A DNA stretch of 41,597 bases from Betaproteobacteria bacterium (GTDB lineage: Bacteria; Pseudomonadota; Gammaproteobacteria; Burkholderiales; SG8-39), in assembly GCA_031391655.1 (NCBI GenBank), contig JANMUO010000366.1, positions 1-41,597 on the forward strand, in the 5' to 3' direction. Shown in pieces: positions 1 to 7,583 of this stretch. A program made the translations under genes and the position numbers. How positions within the stretch are numbered: position 1 is the first letter of the stretch; every line of letters begins with the position of its first letter. Below the pieces are notes generated by a model, which worked only from the letters and a program-made list of their open reading frames with translations, was not told the DNA's origin and did not search any database.

Positions 1-601
1 TGCGCGCCGACATCGACGGCACGTAGAACTCCTTGCCGTGCTTGAGGCGCAGCGCCTGGATGGCGTGGCCGGAGCTCTTGCGGATGATGTAGAGCTTGCG
101 CTCGAGCGCATCGGTGACGGTGACGCGCTTGCCGCGGCCGATGAATACCTGCCGGATTACGGGCTCGATCCTCTTCGCCGGCTCGGCGAGGTCCGAATTG
201 TCGACCGGCACGTCGCGCCAGCCGAGCAGCACCTGGCCCTCGTCCTTGATCGCGCGCTCGATTTCGTATTCGCAGGCGCGACGCGAGGCCGGCTCGCGCG
301 GCAGGAACACCATGCCCACGCCGTATTGGCCGAGCGGCGGCAGTCTTACTGCCTGCTTGGCCATTTCCTCGCGCAGCAGCTTGTCCGGGATCTGGATGAG
401 GATGCCGGCGCCGTCGGAGAGCTTCGGATCCCAGCCCACCGCGCCTCGATGGGTGAGGTTGCGCAGCACCGTCAACCCCTGCTCGATGATCGAATGGGAC
501 TTCTTGCCCTTGATGTGCGCCACGAAGCCGACGCCGCAGGCGTCGTGCTCGTTCCTCGGGTCGTACATCCCTTGCGCTTCAGGCAAGCGGTGGCTGCTCA
601 C
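1..601 (-). CDS. gltB: Glutamate synthase large subunit, N-terminal part (gene continues beyond window start)
   Basis: Absent from the ORF track because it is open at the window edge. My minus-strand translation from GTG 601 (in-frame ATG at 568) reads VSSHRLPEAQGMYDPRNEHDACGVGFVAHIKGKKSHSIIEQG. Near position 1 it reads ...KLYIIRKSSGHAIQALRLKHGKEFYVPSMSAR. The EHDACGVGF motif is the Ntn-amidotransferase N-terminus typical of GltB. It lies downstream of aroB, as in Pseudomonas-like synteny. Confidence 0.85.
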   Translation of the reverse strand, partial: MSSHRLPEAQGMYDPRNEHDACGVGFVAHIKGKKSHSIIEQGLTVLRNLTHRGAVGWDPKLSDGAGILIQIPDKLLREEMAKQAVRLPPLGQYGVGMVFLPREPASRRACEYEIERAIKDEGQVLLGWRDVPVDNSDLAEPAKRIEPVIRQVFIGRGKRVTVTDALERKLYIIRKSSGHAIQALRLKHGKEFYVPSMSAR

Positions 602-670
602 GTTTAACTCTCTAATCCCAAAGAGGTTTCACCAATCTTCGCCGCTCTGCACAAAATTCGCGGGCGAGCT

Positions 671-697
671 AGGAAATATACCCGCAGAGCCCTGCGG
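671..697 (-). terminator. Weak hairpin plus T-rich tail downstream of aroB
   Basis: On the minus strand, CCGCAG-GGCT-CTGCGG (682..697) is followed by GTATATTTCCT, about 28 nt after the aroB stop. The stem is only 6 bp and the tail is imperfect. Confidence 0.3.
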
Positions 698-724
698 CAA
701 CAAGGGTTTGTGGATTCTGGCCAA

Positions 725-1831
725 CTACCGCGCTGCAGCAGCCGGAGCAGGCGCGACGTTTGCGGTGAGCACTTCGCGCACCAACCTCTCGTCGACGTCG
801 CCGCGCAAGGCAGCCTGGCCAATGCGCTCGAGCAGGACGAAGCGCATGCGGCCGCCCTCCGCCTTCTTGTCCAGCGTCATCAGCTCAAGGTAACGCTCCG
901 GCGCGAGCGCCGGCCCCTTGTCGGGCAGGCCCGCGCGCAATACCAGGGTGCGTACGCGCGTGGCATCCGCAGCAGCGAGGAGTCCCGCGCGCACTGACAG
1001 TTCCGCCGCCATCACCATGCCGGCAGCCACCGCTTCGCCGTGCAGCCACGCACCATACCCAGCGCCCGCCTCAATGGCGTGACCGAAGGTGTGTCCGAAG
1101 TTCAGGATGGCGCGCTGCGCGCCTTCGCGCTCGTCCGCCGCCACCACTGCCGCCTTGAGTTCGCAGGAGCGGCGCACGGCGTGCGACAGGGTTGCAGGCT
1201 CGCGCGCCAGCAGCGCCGCCATGTTTGCCTCCAGCCAGCCGACCAAGGCTGGATCCAGCGCAAATCCGTGCTTGATCACTTCCGCCACGCCGGAACGCAG
1301 CTCGCGCTCGGGCAGCGTCGCCAGCGCGGATACGTCGGCGATGACCGCCGCCGGCTGGTGGAACGCGCCGACCATGTTCTTGCCGCGGGCGTGGTTGATC
1401 GCGGTCTTGCCGCCGACCGAGGAATCCACCTGTGCCAGCAGGGTGGTCGGCACCTGGATGAAGCCGACGCCGCGCTGGTACACGGCGGCGGCAAAACCGG
1501 CCAGGTCGCCAACCACGCCGCCGCCCAGGGCGACAACCACGCCATCGCGGCCCAGGCGCGCGGCGAGCAGGGCGTCGAGCACGCCTTCCAGGCTGGCCCA
1601 GCTTTTCGCCTGTTCGCCGTCCTCCACCAGAACGTCGAACGATTGCGCGCCCGCGCGCGCCAACGCTGCCTTGACGCGGCTGAGGTATAGCGGCGCCACC
1701 ACCGGATTGGTGATCACGGCGGCGCGCGCCGCGCCGAGGTGCGGGCGATAGAGCTCCGCGGCATCGATCACACCGGCGCCGATATGGATGGGATAGGAGC
1801 GTTCGCCGAGCGCTACGCGGACAGTTTCCAT
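725..1831 (-). CDS. aroB: 3-dehydroquinate synthase
   Basis: 368-aa ORF with [14 protein letters not shown] (NAD site), GGKTAINH and [11 protein letters not shown] motifs. It sits directly after aroK. Confidence 0.95.
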   Translation of the reverse strand: METVRVALGERSYPIHIGAGVIDAAELYRPHLGAARAAVITNPVVAPLYLSRVKAALARAGAQSFDVLVEDGEQAKSWASLEGVLDALLAARLGRDGVVVALGGGVVGDLAGFAAAVYQRGVGFIQVPTTLLAQVDSSVGGKTAINHARGKNMVGAFHQPAAVIADVSALATLPERELRSGVAEVIKHGFALDPALVGWLEANMAALLAREPATLSHAVRRSCELKAAVVAADEREGAQRAILNFGHTFGHAIEAGAGYGAWLHGEAVAAGMVMAAELSVRAGLLAAADATRVRTLVLRAGLPDKGPALAPERYLELMTLDKKAEGGRMRFVLLERIGQAALRGDVDERLVREVLTANVAPAPAAAAR

Positions 1832-2346
1832 GTCTCCTTCAACTGGACAAGCAGTTGGCGAGCGAGATGCTGCACGCTCTGCCGGCCTGTTTCGACCACG
1901 ATGTCGGCGACCTCGCGGTACAGCGGATCGCGCTCGCCGTAGAGCTCGGTCAGGCGCGCCAGCGGGTCGGCGGTGGCGAGCAGCGGCCGGTTCTTGTCAT
2001 GGCGCACGCGCTCGTAGAGCGCGGCAGGCCGCGCATGCAGGTAAACGACAGTGCCTCGCGCTGCAAGATGACGCCGGCTGGCAGCAGACAGGATCGCCCC
2101 CCCTCCGGTTGCGAGCACGACGTCGTCCATCGCCGTGAGTTCCGCGATCATCGCCGCCTCGCGCTGGCGGAAACCCGGTTCGCCCTCGATGTCGAAAATC
2201 ACCGGCACCTTCACGCCGCAGCGGCGTTCGATCTCCTGGTCCGAGTCGTGGAAGTCGCGCTTCAGGCGGCGAGCAAGGGTACGGCCGGCGGTTGTCTTGC
2301 CCGCCCCCATCATGCCCACCAGGAACACGTTGCGTGCGCCCTGCAT
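1813..2346 (-). CDS. aroK: Shikimate kinase
   Basis: 177-aa ORF with Walker [10 protein letters not shown] and the LATGGGA motif. It is in the conserved position between pilQ and aroB, and its 3' end overlaps the aroB start by 19 nt. Confidence 0.95.
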   Translation of the reverse strand: MQGARNVFLVGMMGAGKTTAGRTLARRLKRDFHDSDQEIERRCGVKVPVIFDIEGEPGFRQREAAMIAELTAMDDVVLATGGGAILSAASRRHLAARGTVVYLHARPAALYERVRHDKNRPLLATADPLARLTELYGERDPLYREVADIVVETGRQSVQHLARQLLVQLKETWKLSA

Positions 2347-2352
2347 GTGCCT

Positions 2353-2358
2353 ATTGTA
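2353..2358 (-). promoter_or_regulatory. -10-like hexamer TACAAT, 6 nt upstream of the aroK ATG
   Basis: The minus strand reads CCATACAAT-AGGCAC-ATG. There is no properly spaced Shine-Dalgarno sequence. The hexamer lies downstream of the pilQ terminator. Confidence 0.4.
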
Positions 2359-2390
2359 TGGAGTGTACGGAGTCTATGGAGTGTACGGAG
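2355..2390. repeat. Tandem direct repeat, 2 x 18 bp (17/18 identical), with a degenerate partial third copy to about 2399
   Basis: Plus strand: tGtatggagtgtacggag / tCtatggagtgtacggag. On the minus strand this is CTCCGTACACTCCATAGA / CTCCGTACACTCCATACA, ending 8 nt before the aroK ATG. Confidence 0.9.
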
Positions 2391-2403
2391 GGTCCGGAGG
2401 CTG

Positions 2404-2433
2404 CAAACAAAATCGGCCGGGAGGTCCCGGCCG
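2404..2433 (-). terminator. Rho-independent terminator after pilQ
   Basis: The minus strand reads CGGCCGGGA-CC-TCCCGGCCG (9-bp GC-rich inverted repeat) followed by ATTTTGTTTG. It starts about 30 nt after the pilQ stop. Confidence 0.8.
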
Positions 2434-2463
2434 TGTGTCCAAGGAAGCGTCCTGGCAAATTCT

Positions 2464-4557
2464 TCAGCGTACCGTCATGCGCTCGTTGACGATGCGCGGC
2501 GTGATGAACACCAGCAGCTCGGTCTTCTGCGAGTTGGTGATCTTGTTCTTGAACATCCAGCCGACGATCGGCAGGTCGCCGAACCAGGGAACCTGCGTGA
2601 CGTCGGTGCGGTCGGTCTGCTCGAAGATCCCGCCGATCACCACCGTGCCGCCGTTCTCGACCAGCACCTCGGTCTTGACGTGCTTGGTGCTGATCTGCAC
2701 GCCGGCCGGCGTGGTGGCGCCCGGCGCGTCCTTGTTGACGTCCAGCGTCATGATGACGTTGCCGTCGGGTGTGATCTGCGGCTTCACCTTGAGCGACAGA
2801 CTGGCCTTGCGGAACGAGACCGCCGTGGCGCCGGAGGAGGTCGCCTGCTGGTAGGGGATTTCCGTTCCCTGCTCGATGATCGCTTCGACCTGGTCGGCGG
2901 TCAGCACGCGCGGGCTGGAAATGATCTTGCCCTTGCCGTCGGCCTCGATGGCGCTGATCTCCAGGTTGAGGAATCGCGTGGCTGCGCTGTTGAACAGGAT
3001 CATCGAGAACACGCCCGCGGGCTGCGAGTTCAGACCCGCCGCCGGCATGTTTACCGACAGGCTGTCGGGGATGAAGACCGGGGTGCCGCCCTGCGCGCCG
3101 CCCGCTGCATGGCCGCCCACATCGCCCAGGCCGCCGCCGACGGCGACCTGTGGCGAACCGCCAGGCAGGCTGGAACTGCCGCCCGCCAGGTTGTGGTAAC
3201 CAAGCCTGACGCCCAGGTTCTTGGAGAAGGTGTCGCTCGCCTCGACGATGCGCGCCTCGATCATCACCTGGCGCACCGGCACGTCGATCTTGGCGATGAG
3301 CTTCCTCACTTCCTCGAGGCGGCTCGGCGTGTCCTGCACGAACAGTGTGTTGGTGCGGACGTCCACCACCGCGCTGCCGCGCTTGGACAGGATCGGCTGC
3401 GTCCGGTCCGAGAGCAGCTTTTGCACGTCGACCGCCTTCTGGTAGTTCATCTGGAACGCTTCGGTGCGGGTCTGCTCCAGATCGTTGATCTGCGCGGTCG
3501 CCTCGAGCGCGAGCTTCTCGCGCGTGGCCAGTTCATCCCGCGGCGCGATCCAGATCACGTTGCCGTTCTTGCGGCTGTCCAGGCCCCGGGTCTGCAGGAT
3601 GATCTCCAGCGCCTGGTCCCAGGGTACGTCCTTGAGCCGCAGGGTGATGTTGCCGCTCACGGAATCGCTGGTGATGACGTTGAGGTCGGTGAAGTCGGCG
3701 ATCACGTTGAGCACCGCGCGCACTTCCACGTTCTGGAAGTTGAGCGACAGCTTTTCGCCCGTGTAGCGGCCTTTTTGCGGCGCGGCGTCCGCCGCCACCG
3801 GCTTGACCTCGATGACGAACTGGGTGTCGGTCTGGTAGGCGTTGTGGTCCCACTGCCCGCGCGGCTCGATCACCATGCGCACGTTCTCGCCCTGCTGGAA
3901 GGCGCTGATGGTCTGCACCGGCGTGGCGAAGTCCACCACGTCCAGCCGGCGGCGCAGGTTCTCCGGCAGCGCCGTCTTCATGAAATCGACGATGATGTTC
4001 TGGCCCTGCTGGCGGATGTCGATGCCGGTCGTGGTATCGGACAGGTCCACCACCACGCGGCCCTCGCCCGTGCGGCCGCGGCGGAAATCGATGTCGCGGA
4101 TGGCGTGCTTGGAATCGCCGCGCCCTTCGGCAAAGTTCGCCACCTTGTCGCCGGACGGCGCGGCTGCGCCCTGCAGGGTCACCACCACGCTGCGCCCGTC
4201 GAGGGCCACTTCGTGCGCCACCGGGCGGCGCAGGTTCAGCACGAGGCGCGTCTTGTCCGCCGCCTGCACCATGTTCATCGAGCGCAACTCGCCCTGGCTG
4301 ACGTCCTGGCTGTTGCGGCCAAGGGCATTGGCCGTGCCGCTGAAATCGAACGCGATGCGCGCCGGGTTGGCGACGGTGAAGCTGGGCGGCGGCGTCTTGA
4401 GCGGCTCCTTGGTGGTGATGCGCACCACGATCTTGCCGCCCTGCTGCGAGACGTCGAACGTCTCGATGCTGTTGCCTTGGGCGAGCGCGATGCCGCAAGC
4501 CGCAAGCCAGAGGACGAGTGCGCGCCAACCGGCGCGCACGACGTTGGTCGATTTCAT
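2464..4557 (-). CDS. pilQ: Type IV pilus secretin PilQ
   Basis: The track ORF is 2464..4602. The likely start is ATG 4557 (MKSTNVVRAGWRALVLWLAACGIALAQG signal peptide), which overlaps the pilP stop as ATGA. Two AMIN-like N-terminal repeats are followed by a secretin domain (ISSPRVLTADQVEAIIEQGTEIPY, VPWFGDLPIVGWMFKN). Confidence 0.95.
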   Translation of the reverse strand: MKSTNVVRAGWRALVLWLAACGIALAQGNSIETFDVSQQGGKIVVRITTKEPLKTPPPSFTVANPARIAFDFSGTANALGRNSQDVSQGELRSMNMVQAADKTRLVLNLRRPVAHEVALDGRSVVVTLQGAAAPSGDKVANFAEGRGDSKHAIRDIDFRRGRTGEGRVVVDLSDTTTGIDIRQQGQNIIVDFMKTALPENLRRRLDVVDFATPVQTISAFQQGENVRMVIEPRGQWDHNAYQTDTQFVIEVKPVAADAAPQKGRYTGEKLSLNFQNVEVRAVLNVIADFTDLNVITSDSVSGNITLRLKDVPWDQALEIILQTRGLDSRKNGNVIWIAPRDELATREKLALEATAQINDLEQTRTEAFQMNYQKAVDVQKLLSDRTQPILSKRGSAVVDVRTNTLFVQDTPSRLEEVRKLIAKIDVPVRQVMIEARIVEASDTFSKNLGVRLGYHNLAGGSSSLPGGSPQVAVGGGLGDVGGHAAGGAQGGTPVFIPDSLSVNMPAAGLNSQPAGVFSMILFNSAATRFLNLEISAIEADGKGKIISSPRVLTADQVEAIIEQGTEIPYQQATSSGATAVSFRKASLSLKVKPQITPDGNVIMTLDVNKDAPGATTPAGVQISTKHVKTEVLVENGGTVVIGGIFEQTDRTDVTQVPWFGDLPIVGWMFKNKITNSQKTELLVFITPRIVNERMTVR

Positions 4558-5081
4558 CTCTTCACCTCCTGCAGTTGCAGCGCGCTCGAGCGTTCCACCC
4601 ATTCGCCGCTGCCTTCCTGGATCAGCTCTTTCAGGCTGATCTGGGACTCGTCGATACCCGTGATGACGCCGAAGTTCTGGCCCATGTAATTGCCCTTGCG
4701 CACGCGATAAAGGTTCGGACCGGCCTTCACCAGCCCGAAAGTCTCGCGTCCCTGAGTCAGCGAACCGACCATCTGGATCGATTCCAGCGGGAAGGCCTCC
4801 AGCGGTTCCTTGGGCCGGTCTATGTCCGGCGCCCGGCCGCTCGCAGCAGGGGCACCCGGGCCTCCGGCGACGGCGACGTCGATGCGCCCCGGACGGAACG
4901 GGTCGACCTCGTTCTCCGCCTGGTAGGCCACCGGCTCGTAGGGACGCACCTGCGGCAGGGGATCCACCCGCCCGCGCAAGTCCTTGGTCATGTCGTTCAA
5001 CTCTTTTTTCAGGTCGCCGAACTGCTCACCGCCACAGGCGGCGAGCGCAGTCACGCAGGCGAGCGCGACGAGCCGCTTCAT
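4554..5081 (-). CDS. pilP: Type IV pilus assembly lipoprotein PilP
   Basis: 175 aa with a lipoprotein signal (LVALACVTALAACGG). It lies between pilO and pilQ with 4-nt overlaps on both sides. Confidence 0.85.
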   Translation of the reverse strand: MKRLVALACVTALAACGGEQFGDLKKELNDMTKDLRGRVDPLPQVRPYEPVAYQAENEVDPFRPGRIDVAVAGGPGAPAASGRAPDIDRPKEPLEAFPLESIQMVGSLTQGRETFGLVKAGPNLYRVRKGNYMGQNFGVITGIDESQISLKELIQEGSGEWVERSSALQLQEVKR

Positions 5082-5731
5082 TTCTTCGCCCCCTTCTTGG
5101 CGGCGACCGACTTGCGCTGTGCCGCAACTTCATCGTCGTCCAGGTAACGGAAGGTGCGCGCCGTCACGTCCATCGTCAGGTTGCCGCTCGGGCTCGCTTC
5201 GATGGTGACGTCATTCAGGGTCACGATGCGCGACAGCTGGCCAACGTCGCTCGCGAAGGCGCCCATGTCGTGGTAGACGCCGATCACCTTCACCGCGATC
5301 GGCAGTTCGGCGTAGAAATCGCGCACGGTCTCCGCGGGTGCTGGCTTGAACAGCTCGAACTGCAGGCCACGCCCGAGCCCGGCCTGGTTGATGTCGACCA
5401 GCAGCGCGTCCATCTGCGACTTGTTCGGCAACTGCTTGAGCAACGCGCCGAACTGGGTGTCGATTTCCCTGAGCTGCTGCTTGTGCAGGTCGAGGTTAAC
5501 CGCCTGCTTCTTCTTATTGAGGTAGTCCTCCTTGTGCTTCACCTCCTGCTGCTTGCCCTGCTCGAGCTCCTCGAGCTGGCCTTGCCACAGTCCGAAATAT
5601 CCTGCCACGGGCAACGCGACGAGGATGGCGACCAGCACCACGGCTTTCGGGATGGCGGTCCAGCTGCCAGGATCCTGCCAGTTCGTGGCCTTGAAATCGT
5701 CTGCGATTTTCTTGAAATCGATCGCGGCCAT
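5078..5731 (-). CDS. pilO: Type IV pilus assembly protein PilO
   Basis: 217 aa with one N-terminal TM helix, a coiled-coil segment, and a conserved C-terminal domain (LPNKSQMDALLVDINQAGLGRGLQFELFKP). Supported by its position in the pilMNOPQ order. Confidence 0.9.
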   Translation of the reverse strand: MAAIDFKKIADDFKATNWQDPGSWTAIPKAVVLVAILVALPVAGYFGLWQGQLEELEQGKQQEVKHKEDYLNKKKQAVNLDLHKQQLREIDTQFGALLKQLPNKSQMDALLVDINQAGLGRGLQFELFKPAPAETVRDFYAELPIAVKVIGVYHDMGAFASDVGQLSRIVTLNDVTIEASPSGNLTMDVTARTFRYLDDDEVAAQRKSVAAKKGAKK

Positions 5732-5734
5732 GGC

Positions 5735-6331
5735 CTACCCCTTCTTCGCCGGCGCCTTGGCCGCGTCCTTCGCCGCGTCCTTCAACTGGGCGCGCTTGAC
5801 CATCAGCGTCATGTTGAACTCGGACAGGCGTTTTTTGTTCACCGTGCTCGCCTTGATCTCGACCAGCTTCGGGTCGGCGAGCCAGGGCGAAGATTCGATG
5901 TTGCGCATCAGGGTCGACACTCGCGCATTGGACTGGGCGTAGCCCAGGAGCGTGACGCCGAGCCCGCGCTGGCGAATGCTCCGCAGGTAGACGCCCTCGG
6001 GCATCTGCCGCACCAGCTGGTCGAGCAGGTGCACGGTCTGCGCGCGGTCCGCCTGCAGCGTTTCAATGATCTGCTTGCGCGCCAACAGTGCCGCGATCTC
6101 GTCCTTCAGCTTCTTGATCTCGGCGATCTCCTTGTCCAGCTTGGCGATCTCCGATTTGAGAAAGGCGTTGCGCTCCTGCTGCGTCGAGATCTGGCCGCCG
6201 ACATACAGGTAACCGGCGCCGACGATCACCAAGCCCAGCACGGCGGTGAGACCCGCCAGTACCGCGAAATGTTGCCGGCCGCGCTTGCGCCGCTCTTCGC
6301 GGTGCGGCAGCAGGTTGATGCGCACGCTCAT
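5735..6331 (-). CDS. pilN: Type IV pilus assembly protein PilN
   Basis: 198 aa. The N-terminus RINLLPHREERRK carries the conserved PilN INLLP motif that binds PilM. One TM helix follows. Confidence 0.9.
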   Translation of the reverse strand: MSVRINLLPHREERRKRGRQHFAVLAGLTAVLGLVIVGAGYLYVGGQISTQQERNAFLKSEIAKLDKEIAEIKKLKDEIAALLARKQIIETLQADRAQTVHLLDQLVRQMPEGVYLRSIRQRGLGVTLLGYAQSNARVSTLMRNIESSPWLADPKLVEIKASTVNKKRLSEFNMTLMVKRAQLKDAAKDAAKAPAKKG

Positions 6332-7401
6332 GGATCAAATCTCCGCATCGCCAGTCCGCAGGCCACGATCAGCGAGGGCGCGTCCACCATCAGCTTTTTC
6401 AGCTGGATGCGGGGCGACGCCTGCATCGAGGCGAACGGGTTGGCGACCATCGTCGGCACCTGGGTGCGCGTGTGCACCACTTCGTCCATGCCGGGAATGA
6501 CCGCCGACCCGCCGGCGAGCAGGATCTGCTCCACGCTGTGGTACTGGGTCGAGGTGAAGAAGAACTGCAGCGCACGCTGCACCTCCATGGACAGGTTCTC
6601 CATGAACGGGCGCAGCACTTCGGTCTCGAAATCGTCCGGCAGGCCGCCCGAGCGCTTGGCGTTCTCGGCCTCTTCCGCGCTCATGCCGTAGCGCGCCACG
6701 ATGTCCTGCGTCAGCTGGTTGCCCCCGAATGCCTGCTCGCGGGTGTAGATCGACTGGTCGTTGCGCATGACGCTCACGTTCATGACGTTCGCGCCGACGT
6801 CGACGATGGCGACGTTCATGTCCTTGCCGGCATTGGCCAGCTGTTTCACCACTAGCCCGAGCGCCGCTTGCTGCGCAAAGGCCTCAATGTCCATCACCAT
6901 CGCTTTCAGACCGGCTGATTCCGCCACTGCCACGCGGTCTTCGACCTTTTCCTTGCGCGTCGCGGCGATCATCACTTCCTGCTCGTCCGGCGAGGCCGGC
7001 GACGGGCCGACCACCTGAAAGTCCAGGTTCACCTCTTCCAGCGCAAAGGGGATGTACTGATTGGCTTCCGATTCAACCTGGACCTCCAGCTCGCTCTCGC
7101 GCAGGCCGGCCGGGACGATGATCTTCTTGGTGATCACGGCGCCTGTGGGAACCGCCATGGCCACGTGCTTGGCGCGCGTGCCCATGCGCTTGTAGCCGCG
7201 CTTGACCGCCTCGACCACGGACTCCAGGTTGCTGATGTTGCCGTCCACGGTGGCGTCGCGCGGCAGGGGTTCGATCACGTAACGCTCGACGCGATAGGAG
7301 CCCTTGCCCGCCTCGACGATCTCGAGCATCTTCACCGACGAAGAACTGATGTCCAGCCCGAACAGCGGCGGCGCCTTCGGGCTGAAAATATCCAGATTCA
7401 T
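6328..7401 (-). CDS. pilM: Type IV pilus assembly ATPase-fold protein PilM
   Basis: 357 aa, actin-like fold (FGLDISSSSVKMLE, AIVDVGANVMNVSV). It is the first gene of the pilMNOPQ string and has a 4-nt overlap with pilN. Confidence 0.95.
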   Translation of the reverse strand: MNLDIFSPKAPPLFGLDISSSSVKMLEIVEAGKGSYRVERYVIEPLPRDATVDGNISNLESVVEAVKRGYKRMGTRAKHVAMAVPTGAVITKKIIVPAGLRESELEVQVESEANQYIPFALEEVNLDFQVVGPSPASPDEQEVMIAATRKEKVEDRVAVAESAGLKAMVMDIEAFAQQAALGLVVKQLANAGKDMNVAIVDVGANVMNVSVMRNDQSIYTREQAFGGNQLTQDIVARYGMSAEEAENAKRSGGLPDDFETEVLRPFMENLSMEVQRALQFFFTSTQYHSVEQILLAGGSAVIPGMDEVVHTRTQVPTMVANPFASMQASPRIQLKKLMVDAPSLIVACGLAMRRFDP

Positions 7402-7513
7402 CGTTATTTCCCTTTTTATATCGGCCTTTAGGCACGATACGTAGAATTCGCGTTAAATGCTAGCAACAACTCCCACCGGTGTCTAGCGAATCCGTCACCA
7501 CCCGAGGGAGGGC

Positions 7514-7519
7514 TATAAT
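7514..7519 (+). promoter_or_regulatory. Candidate -10 box (TATAAT) for the PBP1A gene
   Basis: A perfect TATAAT lies in the AT-richer 185-bp pilM/PBP1A divergent region, about 68 nt before ATG 7587. I found no convincing -35. A second candidate, TAGAAT, sits at 7442..7447. Confidence 0.3.
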
Positions 7520-7583
7520 GCCCTTGGTCCCCCGCCCGGCGCAACTGCCGCGGCACTAACGCCGCGACGGTTGTCTAACACCC

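Noticed and set aside
2292-2489. 65-aa plus ORF with repeated [12 protein letters not shown] peptide
   Set aside because: The peptide repeat is simply the translation of the 18-bp tandem DNA repeat in the pilQ-aroK spacer. The ORF overlaps the aroK start and the pilQ terminator and has no coding support.
1855-4689. 944-aa plus-strand ORF spanning aroK and all of pilQ on the opposite strand
   Set aside because: It is antisense to two genes with unmistakable family motifs. Its translation is Arg/Ala/Gly/His-rich low-complexity sequence typical of shadow frames in high-GC DNA, with no recognisable domain. Long stop-free antisense frames are expected at this GC content.
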